NCBI GenBank assembly: GCA_963781585.1
Contig: CAWAGQ010000015.1
Span: forward strand, 31,474-95,473
Length of the DNA: 64,000 nt
Reading direction: 5' to 3'
Origin: an uncultured Gemmatimonadaceae bacterium
Lineage (GTDB): Bacteria; Gemmatimonadota; Gemmatimonadetes; Gemmatimonadales; Gemmatimonadaceae
Program-made: the position numbers and the translations under genes
In this document: positions 37,121-45,665 of the stretch, piece by piece
How positions within the stretch are numbered: position 1 is the first letter of the stretch
Layout: every line of letters begins with the position of its first letter
Notes under the pieces: model-generated
What the model saw: only the letters and a program-made list of their open reading frames with translations
What the model was told of the DNA's origin: nothing
The model's database searches: none

Positions 37121-40100
37121 CTACGGCCTCTGTCCCCCCAACGCCTTGTAGACCGCCACCAGCGCCGTCGCGGCGTCGGTGCGGCCTTGCACAAGCTGGC
37201 TCTGGGCCTGGAGCAGCGTCCGCTGAGAATCGAGGACCTGCAGCAGGTCGGTGAGTCCCGCGTCGAACCGCTGCCTCGCGAGTTCCAGGGCCCGCGTGCT
37301 GGCGCGCACGGCTTCGCTCAGAATCGCGAGGCGCGCGTGCGCACGGTCGTAGGACACGAGCGCCGTCTCGGTCTCCTCGACCGCGCGGAGCACGGTGCCG
37401 TTGTATTGCGACCGCGCTTCGTCGCTCTGCGCCTGTGCTTCTTCGGCGCGGGTCCGCACACGCCCCAGATCGAGCAACGGCCACGACATCCGCACGCCGA
37501 GCTGGAAGCGCGTGGTGCCCGCATTACCTAACGAGTCGAACGCGGTCGCGGCGTAGCCGAGTCCGCCGTCGATCGAGATCCGGGGCAGGTACTCCGACTG
37601 CGCGGCATCCACCAGCAGTCCCTCGGCGGCGGCCGCGCGCTCGGCACCAAGGACATCCGGGCGCCGGCGGACCAGCTCCTGCGGCGTTCCCACGTTCAGC
37701 GAGTCCGGGAGAGCCGGAAGGTCGCCCGGAACAAGCAGCGCCCTCGGCAATGCGTCGGGCGTACGTCCGACGAGCGTGGCGAGACGATTCTGAGTCGCCG
37801 AGATCCGTTTCTCGATGTCGGGGACCGCCGACAGCGTGAGCTGCAGCTCCGCCTTCGCCCGTTCGGTATCGAACGCAGTGCCGCGACCAGCCGACAGCCG
37901 ATCTTCGGTGAGGGCGACGGTGCGTCGCTCGTTCTCAGCGTTGCCGAGGGCCACCGTCAACTGCTGCTGCGCTCCCCGGAGCTCGAAGTAGGTGCGCGCG
38001 ACTTCGGCCGCCATGCTCACCTGCACGTCGTCCAGGGCGTGTTGCGCCGATTCGACGAACGCGCCCTGCGCCCGGACGTTCCGGCGCACCCGGCCAAAGA
38101 TGTCCACCTCCCACGAAGCGTCGAATCCCGCGTCCCAGACGTCCTGTCTCGGGAAGCGATTGCTGAATCCCGGGAACGTGGCGCTCGACAGCTGCTGCCG
38201 CGTTGCCCCGGTGCTGGCGGTGATCGTCGGCGCCAGGTCGAACATCGCCAACCGACGCGCGACCCGGGAATCCGTGAGGCGCGCCTCGGCGACATGGACG
38301 TCGGTGTTCGCCCGCTGCGCTTCGTCGATCAGGTTGGCGAGCGTGGTGTCGCCGAGTTCGCTCAACAACGACCGGGACGGCGACGCAGGAGCATAGTGCG
38401 TGGAGCGCATCAGCTCCGGTGTCGTCGCCACAATCGCTCGCGCCGCGCTGGCGCCACCAGCGGCTTCAGGTGCCCCCTGACCGGCTACCACGGTCGACCC
38501 GGAGTCCGCCGCCGCCGCCCTGGTCTCCGAGGACCCGGTGTGATACGCCGGGGCAACCGCAACCGCCGAGGGTTGGTACGCCGGCGTGCCGACACAGGCG
38601 GTCACGCTCGCGGCCAGCGCCGCCGCCGCCGCTACGCGCCGCGCCCGTAGTCCGCGGATCAGCACGTAGAAGAAGGGCGTGAAGAAGAGACCGAAGAAGG
38701 TCACCCCCAGCATCCCCGAAAACACCACCACTCCCATCACCCGCCGCATCTCGGCGCCGGCACCGCTCGCAAGCACCAGCGGCACAACGCCCATGATGAA
38801 CGCGAACGACGTCATGAGGATCGGCCGCATCCGGATCCGCGCTGCCTCGAGCGCCGCTTCCCACCGGTCGCGCCCCTGACGCTCCAGGTCGCGCGCGAAC
38901 TCGACGATCAGGATGGCGTTCTTGCAGGCCAGCCCCATCAGCACCAGCAGACCGATCTGCGTGAACACGTTGTTGTCTCCCCGCGTGATCCAGACCCCGG
39001 CGATGGCCGAGACCAGACAGAGCGGGACGATGAGAATGATCCCCAGCGGGAGCGTGAAGCTCTCGTACAACGCCGCCAGGACCAGGAACACCAGCAACAC
39101 GCACAGCGGGAAGACGATCACCGCGGTATTCCCGGCCAGCTTCTGCTGATAGGTGAGCTCGGTCCACTCGTAGCCGATGCCGTTAGGCACCGTCTCGCGA
39201 GCCAGGCGTTCGATCGTAGCCACCGCTTCGCCCGAACTGACGCCCGGTGCCGGGCTGCCATTGATGTCGGCGGCCGGATAGCCGTTGTAGTGCGTCACCT
39301 GGTCGGGGCCGTGCGATTGCCCCACCCGCAGCACCGACCCGAGCGGCACCATGTCGCCGTGGGCATTCCGCACCTGGAGCTGGGTGATGTTGTCGGCGGT
39401 CGCGCGGAACGGCGCGTCGGCCTGGGCGATCACCTGATACGTGCGGCCGAAGCGGTTGAAGTCGTTCACGTACGCCGAGCCCAGATAGATCTGGAGCGTC
39501 TGGAACACATCGGCCAGCGCGATGCCCTGCTGCATCACCTTCGTGCGATCGACGTCGGCGAACAGCTGCGGGACGTTGACCTGAAAGCTCGAGTACACAC
39601 CGGCCAGTTGCGGCGTCTGGTACGCGCGGCCCACCAGCGCCTGCGCGGTGGCGTACAGCGCGGAATCGCCCAGACCGGCCCGGTCCTCCAGTTCGAGCTT
39701 GAACCCACCCACCGCGCCCAGGCCGTTCACCGCCGGCGGCGGAAAGACGCCGACGAACGCGTCCTGGATGGACGCGAACTTCATGTTGAGCGCCTGCACG
39801 ATTGCGTCGCTGCTCAGCGCCTTCCCCTTGCGCTCGTCGAACGGATCGAGCGTGATGAACACGACGCCCGCGTTCGGCTTGTTGGCGAAGGCGTTGATCG
39901 ACAGGCCTGGGAACTGCACTGCCGCTTCCACGCCCGGCTGCTCGAGCGCGATCGTCGCCATCCGCCGCAGGACGGCGTCGGTGCGATCCAGCGACGCGGC
40001 ATCGGGGAGCTGCGCGACCGCCACCACGTACTGCTTGTCCTGGCTGGGCACGAAGCCCGGCGGAACGCGCAGCAACCCCACGACCCCGAGTGCGACCAGT

Positions 40101-41764
40101 GCGCCGTACAGGCCAAGGGGAATCGCGGTGCGGCGCACGATGCGACCCACCGCGTTCCGATACCGACCTGACGCGGCCGTGAACGCGCGGTTGAACGGAC
40201 GAAAGAGCCAGCCGAACAGGCGGTCGATCGCCCGCGTCGGCGCGTCGGCCGGCGCACCACGCTCGCGCAGGAGCACCGCCGCCAGCGCCGGAGAGAGCGT
40301 GAGCGAGTTGAACGCCGAGATCAGCGTGGAGAAGGCGATGGTCAGCGCAAACTGGCGGTAGAACTGCCCCGACAGGCCGCTGATGAACGCCACCGGGACA
40401 AACACCGCGCACAGCACGAGCGCGATGGCGATGATGGGCCCGCTCACTTCCTCCATCGCCTTGTGACTCGCGTCGACGGGACTCAGCCCTTCCTCGATGT
40501 GCCGCTCGACGTTCTCCACCACCACGATCGCGTCGTCGACCACGATGCCGATCGCCAGCACCAGGCCGAACAGCGACAGCGTGTTGATCGAGAACCCGGA
40601 GGCCAGCATCACCGCGAAGGTGCCCACGATCGAAACCGGGACCGCCGCCAGCGGGATGATCGACGCCCGCCAGGTCTGGAGGAACAGCACCACCACGATC
40701 ACCACCATCAGGGTGGCCGCCAGCAGCGTCCGGATCACTTCCTGGATGGAATCGCGCACGAAACGGGTCGGGTCGTATACCGCCGACCAGTCGACGCCTT
40801 CCGGGAAGCGCGTCTTGAGTTCGTCCATCGTGGCCCGCACGTCGTGCGACAGCGCGAGTGCGTTCGAGCCCGGTGCCTGGAATACCACGATCGCGGCGGC
40901 CGGCTTGTTGTCGAGCAGCGCGCGGAGCCCGAAGTCCCCGGCGCCCAGTTCCACGCGTGCTACGTCGCGCAGACGCGTGATCTCGCCATTCGCGCCGGTC
41001 TTGACGATGATGTCTCCGAACTCCTTCTCGTCGGCCAGCCGGCCGTGGGCGTTCACCGTGAGCTGGTAAGCCACCGGAGTCGGCATCGGCTGGCCTCCCA
41101 CCACCCCGGCCGCGACCTGCAGGTTCTGTCCGCGGATCGCCTGGACCACATCGGTGGCCGAGAGTCCGCGGGCCGCCACCCGGTTGGGGTCGAGCCACAC
41201 CCGCATCGCGTAGTCGCCGGCGCCGAAGACGATCACCTGCCCCGCCCCGGGAATGCGCGCCAGTTCGTTCTTCACCTGGAGGAGCGCGTAGTTGCGCAGG
41301 TACACCGGGTCGTAGCGGCCGTCGGGCGAGACGAGGTGCACGACCATGGTGATGTCGGGCGACCGCTTCTCGGTCACGACGCCCAGCGCGCGCACTTCGG
41401 CCGGCAGCCGCGGCAGCGCCTGGTTGACGCGATTCTGGACTTCCACCTGCGCCAGATCGACGTCAGTCCCGATTTCGAAGGTGACGCTGAGATTGAGGAC
41501 GCCGTCGGCGGTGGCCGACGACGACATGTACAGCATGTGATCCACGCCGTTGATGGCTTCCTCGATCGGCGTCCCGACGGTCTGCGCGACCACGGTGGGG
41601 TTCGCGCCCGGGTAGATGGCGCGGACCGCGACGGTGGGCGGGGTGACTTCCGGGTATTCGCTGACGGGAAGCGAGACGATGGCAATCAGGCCGGCGGCGA
41701 GCACGATCAGCGACAGCACCACCGCGAAGATCGGCCGGTCGATGAAGAAGCGGGAAAAGCGCAC
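37121..41764 (-). CDS. HAE1 RND efflux permease (MexF/AcrB-like) fused in frame to an OprM/NodT-type outer-membrane factor
   Basis: FFIDRPIFA, GIVVDDAIVVVENVER, KNAILIVEFA, RMRPILMTS in the first ~1040 aa; then RARRVAAAAALAASVTAC and OMF motifs ASWEVDIFGRVRR, P.EL.RRRPDV, YKALGG. Confidence 0.9.
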   Translation of the reverse strand: MRFSRFFIDRPIFAVVLSLIVLAAGLIAIVSLPVSEYPEVTPPTVAVRAIYPGANPTVVAQTVGTPIEEAINGVDHMLYMSSSATADGVLNLSVTFEIGTDVDLAQVEVQNRVNQALPRLPAEVRALGVVTEKRSPDITMVVHLVSPDGRYDPVYLRNYALLQVKNELARIPGAGQVIVFGAGDYAMRVWLDPNRVAARGLSATDVVQAIRGQNLQVAAGVVGGQPMPTPVAYQLTVNAHGRLADEKEFGDIIVKTGANGEITRLRDVARVELGAGDFGLRALLDNKPAAAIVVFQAPGSNALALSHDVRATMDELKTRFPEGVDWSAVYDPTRFVRDSIQEVIRTLLAATLMVVIVVVLFLQTWRASIIPLAAVPVSIVGTFAVMLASGFSINTLSLFGLVLAIGIVVDDAIVVVENVERHIEEGLSPVDASHKAMEEVSGPIIAIALVLCAVFVPVAFISGLSGQFYRQFALTIAFSTLISAFNSLTLSPALAAVLLRERGAPADAPTRAIDRLFGWLFRPFNRAFTAASGRYRNAVGRIVRRTAIPLGLYGALVALGVVGLLRVPPGFVPSQDKQYVVAVAQLPDAASLDRTDAVLRRMATIALEQPGVEAAVQFPGLSINAFANKPNAGVVFITLDPFDERKGKALSSDAIVQALNMKFASIQDAFVGVFPPPAVNGLGAVGGFKLELEDRAGLGDSALYATAQALVGRAYQTPQLAGVYSSFQVNVPQLFADVDRTKVMQQGIALADVFQTLQIYLGSAYVNDFNRFGRTYQVIAQADAPFRATADNITQLQVRNAHGDMVPLGSVLRVGQSHGPDQVTHYNGYPAADINGSPAPGVSSGEAVATIERLARETVPNGIGYEWTELTYQQKLAGNTAVIVFPLCVLLVFLVLAALYESFTLPLGIILIVPLCLVSAIAGVWITRGDNNVFTQIGLLVLMGLACKNAILIVEFARDLERQGRDRWEAALEAARIRMRPILMTSFAFIMGVVPLVLASGAGAEMRRVMGVVVFSGMLGVTFFGLFFTPFFYVLIRGLRARRVAAAAALAASVTACVGTPAYQPSAVAVAPAYHTGSSETRAAAADSGSTVVAGQGAPEAAGGASAARAIVATTPELMRSTHYAPASPSRSLLSELGDTTLANLIDEAQRANTDVHVAEARLTDSRVARRLAMFDLAPTITASTGATRQQLSSATFPGFSNRFPRQDVWDAGFDASWEVDIFGRVRRNVRAQGAFVESAQHALDDVQVSMAAEVARTYFELRGAQQQLTVALGNAENERRTVALTEDRLSAGRGTAFDTERAKAELQLTLSAVPDIEKRISATQNRLATLVGRTPDALPRALLVPGDLPALPDSLNVGTPQELVRRRPDVLGAERAAAAEGLLVDAAQSEYLPRISIDGGLGYAATAFDSLGNAGTTRFQLGVRMSWPLLDLGRVRTRAEEAQAQSDEARSQYNGTVLRAVEETETALVSYDRAHARLAILSEAVRASTRALELARQRFDAGLTDLLQVLDSQRTLLQAQSQLVQGRTDAATALVAVYKALGGQRP

Positions 41765-41794
41765 GGGAGTCTGATCCGGTGAAAAGACGGGCGC

Positions 41795-43048
41795 CTAACG
41801 CCCGGAAGGAAGGAGGGCGACGGTGTTGTCGGACATCGACGCGCGTGAGGCGACGACTTTCATCCCGGGACGCACGCGCTGCAGTCCCTTGACGACGATG
41901 TCCTCGCCGGCCTGGAGCCCGCTTCTGACGACGCGCAGTCCGTCGACGGTCGGGCCAAGTTCCACGGCGCGATACTCGACCGAGCTGTCCGGCTTGAGGA
42001 CGAGCACGAACTTGCGGTCCTGGTCGGTGCCGACCGCGCGGTCGTCGATCAGCGTAGCGGCGTACTGCGTCCCGGCGACCAGCTTGACGCGCGCGAACAG
42101 ACCGGGCGCGAACAGGCGATCGGGGTTTCGCAGCACGGCGCGGACGCGGATCGTGCCCGCCGTCCCGTCGACGCGGTTGTCGAGGAAGTCGATCCGCCCC
42201 TCGTGAGGGAAGCCGGTCTCGTTCGCCAGGCCGATCGAAACGGGGAGTGTACGCGCCCTGGCAGCCGCCGCCTGCTTGCCCGAGACCGACTTGAGGAACT
42301 TGAGATACGCCAGCTCGTCTGCGTCGAAGTAGACGTAGATCGGGTCGAGCGACACGATCGTGGTGAGCAGGGTCGCGGACGGGGGGCCGGCCTGCACCAG
42401 GTTGCCCGGGGTGACTTCCGCCCGGCCCACACGGCCCGAAATCGGCGCGCGGACGGTCGTCCACTCGAGGTTCAGCCGCGCCGTCTTGAGCGCCGCTTCG
42501 GCTTCCGTTACCGCGGCGCTGGTCTCGGCGCGACCGCTCGTCCGCGCATCGAATTCCTCCTTGGAAATCGCCTGCGTGCGCAGCAGTTCCTCGGCGCGCT
42601 GCAGTTGCGAGGCAGCGAGCTCCTCGCGTGTCCGGGCCTGCGCCAGGTCGGCTTCGGCGCGCTCGACCTCGGCCTCGTAGGGCCGCGGATCGATGACGAA
42701 CAGGACGGCGCCCTGCCGCACCGTCGCGCCCTCGCTGAACGCGACGCGCTGGACGGAGCCGGAAACACGCGGGCGCACCTCGACGGAGTTGACCGCCTCG
42801 AACCGGCCGGTAAACTCATCCCAGTCGGCAACCGCGCGACCGATCGCCTGGGCGACGGTCACCTGGGGCGGCGGTGGGGGCGGCGGCGGCGCGTGGCAGG
42901 ATGCCAGAAACAGTAGCGCTGCGGCCGCGATGAGCGTATGAAGGATGAAGCTCGTGCTGCCACGCGGCAGCGGAGCGGGGATGGCCACCGCGGCACGGGC
43001 GGACGCCGCGGGGCGGCGGAATCGGATTGGAACAGTGGGTAGCGTCAT
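41795..43048 (-). CDS. RND periplasmic adaptor (membrane fusion protein, MexE/AcrA-like)
   Basis: LASC lipobox, VEVRPRVSG, LFVIDPRPY, VRAPISGRVG, IDFLDN.VD..AGTI, PGLFARV. Confidence 0.93.
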   Translation of the reverse strand: MTLPTVPIRFRRPAASARAAVAIPAPLPRGSTSFILHTLIAAAALLFLASCHAPPPPPPPPQVTVAQAIGRAVADWDEFTGRFEAVNSVEVRPRVSGSVQRVAFSEGATVRQGAVLFVIDPRPYEAEVERAEADLAQARTREELAASQLQRAEELLRTQAISKEEFDARTSGRAETSAAVTEAEAALKTARLNLEWTTVRAPISGRVGRAEVTPGNLVQAGPPSATLLTTIVSLDPIYVYFDADELAYLKFLKSVSGKQAAAARARTLPVSIGLANETGFPHEGRIDFLDNRVDGTAGTIRVRAVLRNPDRLFAPGLFARVKLVAGTQYAATLIDDRAVGTDQDRKFVLVLKPDSSVEYRAVELGPTVDGLRVVRSGLQAGEDIVVKGLQRVRPGMKVVASRASMSDNTVALLPSGR

Positions 43049-43050
43049 GA

Positions 43051-43110
43051 GGTACCGGTCGGTAACATTGAGTTGCGGGCATGTTACCGATCGGTACCAC
43101 CGGATGTCAA
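43051..43110 (-). promoter_or_regulatory. Efflux operon promoter (TTGACA-N18-TAACAT) with two TetR-type operators TACCG-NN-CGGTA
   Basis: Palindromes at 43053-43064 and 43085-43096 (the latter perfect); together an 18-bp inverted repeat with one mismatch (43051-68 / 43081-98). -35 at 43110-43105, -10 at 43086-43081. Confidence 0.82.
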
Positions 43111-43143
43111 GTCACGATTTTCTGTCGAGAGCGGCGTAACGAA

Positions 43144-43764
43144 ATGACTCGATCCCAGCAGTTGCCTCCCCGGGAGCGTCTGCTCAAGGCGGCGGACGAG
43201 TTGTTTCATCGATACGGCATCCGCGGGGTCGGGGTCGAAGCGATCGCCGAAGCCGCCAGCACGAACAAGATGACGCTGTACCGTCACTTCGCATCGAAAG
43301 ACGAGCTGGTCGCGGAGTGGATCCGCGGTATCGTGGCCGGCAAGGAAGCGATGTGGGAGGAGATCGCCGCGAATCATCCCGGCGATCCGCAGGGCCAGCT
43401 GGTGGAATGGAGCGAACGGGTGGCGCGCAAGCTGGCGCAGCTGGACGAGCGGGGCTCGACGCTCATGCTGTCGCTGGCCGAGCTTCCGGAGAAGGATCAT
43501 CCGGCCCGGAAGATCATCGAGTCGCACAAGATGCGCGAGCACAAGCGGATTCTCCGCCTCTGCCGCCAGGCGGGCTTCCCCGAACCCGAACTCCGCGCCG
43601 ATCAGTTCTTCTTCCTGCTCGAGGGCGCGCACTCGTGCATGCAGTGCATCGGTCTCAAGCGGGTGGGCGAGCAGCTGGTGCGGACCGTGCAGCGATGGAT
43701 CGTCGCCGCCGGCACGCCGGGATCCAGCGCCCCGCTGGCACCGACCGCCACCGACGATCGTTAG
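43144..43764 (+). CDS. TetR/AcrR family transcriptional regulator
   Basis: RERLLKAADELF..YGIRGVGVEAIA..A...KMTLYRHFASKDELV HTH; divergent from the efflux operon. Confidence 0.93.
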   Translation: MTRSQQLPPRERLLKAADELFHRYGIRGVGVEAIAEAASTNKMTLYRHFASKDELVAEWIRGIVAGKEAMWEEIAANHPGDPQGQLVEWSERVARKLAQLDERGSTLMLSLAELPEKDHPARKIIESHKMREHKRILRLCRQAGFPEPELRADQFFFLLEGAHSCMQCIGLKRVGEQLVRTVQRWIVAAGTPGSSAPLAPTATDDR

Positions 43765-43792
43765 GCCGAGGGGCGCGGACCGCGACTGGCAG

Positions 43793-43827
43793 TCAGCTGT
43801 CCGCTGTCGGCAGTCAGTGATCAGTGG
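43793..43827 (+). repeat. Five consecutive degenerate heptamers
   Basis: tcagctg tccgctg tcggcag tcagtga tcagtgg. Confidence 0.65.
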
Positions 43828-43886
43828 TGAGTGTCAATGGCCAGGCATGACCTGGGACCCCCGGCCTCTGACCTATGGCCGCTGCA

Positions 43887-44435
43887 TTACGCGTACCCCC
43901 GCTGCGCCGACGCCTGTGGACCGAACTCCCAGGCGTACTTGGCGAACACTTCGCTGAATCGGCTCCGCGAGTGAGGTGACGTACGCTTTCCGGCCAGCCG
44001 CTTCTCCAGATTCGCCAGGCAGAGTTCCCAGTGCGAGGCGTTCCGCGCCGACTTCGTGACATCGTCGAACGTGTGCGTGAAGATCAGCTCGGTGCTATCC
44101 GCCTGTGGCGCGAGCTCGAAGCGCAGCAGCTCGCCGCGATATGCCACCTCGACCACGCGCGGCGGATCGAAGGTCAATATCTCCGTGCGTTCCCGGAGCA
44201 CGTTTTCCGGGACCCACTGCGCGAGTTCGGCGCAATCCGTGATGGCGGGCCAGATCCTGCTCGGATCATGCGGCAGCAACCGCACGAATCGCAGCGTCTG
44301 CCGATCGCCCTGGCGATGCAGCGTCGTCGCGGTGTAGATCGCCAACGCAATCCGGATTTCCTTCTGCGACGCCCGCACCCCGTCAACGGCATGGTTCCGG
44401 AGCGCCGTGAGGGCGTGTCTGTTCTGAGTCGTCAT
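43887..44435 (-). CDS. SRPBCC / AHSA1-like domain protein
   Basis: LRFVRLLPH.P.RIW.AITD..LAQW, DPPRV, LRFEL, LIFTH, WELCL..L. Confidence 0.8.
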   Translation of the reverse strand: MTTQNRHALTALRNHAVDGVRASQKEIRIALAIYTATTLHRQGDRQTLRFVRLLPHDPSRIWPAITDCAELAQWVPENVLRERTEILTFDPPRVVEVAYRGELLRFELAPQADSTELIFTHTFDDVTKSARNASHWELCLANLEKRLAGKRTSPHSRSRFSEVFAKYAWEFGPQASAQRGYA

Positions 44436-44544
44436 CGCTTCATCCTCTTGTCTGCCCGTATCCATTCATGAGCGGGGCACCCCCAGCCCTCTCTATCTTG
44501 TCGAACCAGATCCTCGAAGATCGACGTGGCCGGCGTTGCATCGG

Positions 44545-44760
44545 TTTCGCTCGCTGACGCCATGTAGCGCGCTCATCCGTACCCCGCCGGCACGCATGCC
44601 GCGATTCGGTGTGAGGATGACTTTGGCCCACCCTTCGGCGCCATGGACGTATCCATCGAGCGCCGCTCCGGTTTCCACAGCGCGGACGGTCGTCGCACCA
44701 ACAGCAATCACCCAGGAGCCCTTGCTCACCCGGCACGAACTCACCTGCTCGACGATGGTG
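44545..44760 (-). pseudogene. queA: Degenerate internal fragment of queA (SAM:tRNA ribosyltransferase-isomerase)
   Basis: VIAVGATTVRAVET...G.V...EGWAKVILTP.RG resembles the QueA VIAVGTTVVRALE region; there is no N-terminal part. Confidence 0.6.
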
Positions 44761-44763
44761 TCA

Positions 44764-44835
44764 TCAGCGGTCGGCGAGGCGCCTTCAGCGGTCGGCGAGG
44801 CGCCTTCAGCGGTCGGCGAGGCGCCTTCAGCGGTC
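44764..44835 (+). repeat. Perfect 21-bp tandem repeat TCAGCGGTCGGCGAGGCGCCT x3 plus a partial copy
   Basis: Units at 44764, 44785 and 44806, partial at 44827. Confidence 0.95.
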
Positions 44836-45127
44836 AGCGATCGCCCTGAGGCCGCTTGGCTCCAACCACCGATGGCACGTCCCTGATCGCCCCGAACGAC
44901 TTCGTCTGTGATATTTCCTCCACGTACGCCGAAGACACGCCCACATACCTCTGGCCGTCGTACACCCAGGTCGACCAGTAACCGGAATCGGCGCTGGTGT
45001 GTCCATAGCAGTCGATCACCGGATAGCCGTTCAGCATCCTGGTCCGAATCACGATCACCGTGCCGCCGCGCGCAGCGCATGGCAGGGATGCCACCATCAA
45101 CAGCAGGACGCGAAGGCCGCGTCTCAT
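44834..45127 (-). CDS. Small secreted hypothetical protein (possibly truncated)
   Basis: MRRGLRVLLLMVASLPCAA signal-like start just after the GNAT stop; ends at the tandem repeat. Confidence 0.5.
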   Translation of the reverse strand: MRRGLRVLLLMVASLPCAARGGTVIVIRTRMLNGYPVIDCYGHTSADSGYWSTWVYDGQRYVGVSSAYVEEISQTKSFGAIRDVPSVVGAKRPQGDR

Positions 45128-45140
45128 CGTCGCGCGCCGC

Positions 45141-45662
45141 TCATGTCGTCCAGGCGGTTCTGCGCTCGAGCAGGTCATCGCGGACCGCGAACCCGTGGCG
45201 CTCGTAGAGCGTCCGGCTGCGCGGTGTCGGCCACAGCAGCACCGCGTCCACGCCGCGCTGCTCGCAGTTTTCGAGAACCGCCTCGAGAAGCGCCGTCCCC
45301 ACTCCCTGCCCGCGTGCCTCGGGAGTAACGAACAGGCTCGACACGTACCCGTGCCACTCCGACTCGTCAACTGGATTCGGGAGCTTCTCGATCATCTGAA
45401 GCCACGCAGTGCCGCAGACCGCGCCCGCGCGCTCAGCGACCCAGGCGTACCAGGCACCGGTCCCCGCGCGAGCTCCGTCGTCTCGTTCCGCGTCGTCGAG
45501 TCGCGCCGACATCCATGCGGTGCAGCGAGCCACGAACTCCGTCTCATCTTCGGCCAGCCCAGCCATCTCGCGCCGGAAAACCAGGCGAAGCCGCGCGAGC
45601 GACGCGGCGTCGCCGGCGGTGGCGCGCCGAATCCGGATCCCACCGGCGGGACCATCGCGCAC
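45141..45662 (-). CDS. GNAT family N-acetyltransferase
   Basis: IRRATAGD, LFVTPEARGQGVG..LL, LYERHGF. Confidence 0.9.
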   Translation of the reverse strand: MRDGPAGGIRIRRATAGDAASLARLRLVFRREMAGLAEDETEFVARCTAWMSARLDDAERDDGARAGTGAWYAWVAERAGAVCGTAWLQMIEKLPNPVDESEWHGYVSSLFVTPEARGQGVGTALLEAVLENCEQRGVDAVLLWPTPRSRTLYERHGFAVRDDLLERRTAWTT

Positions 45663-45665
45663 CGG

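Noticed and set aside
44764..44835. Possible CRISPR array
   Set aside because: The units are directly adjacent with no spacers, and there are no cas genes; it is a simple tandem repeat.
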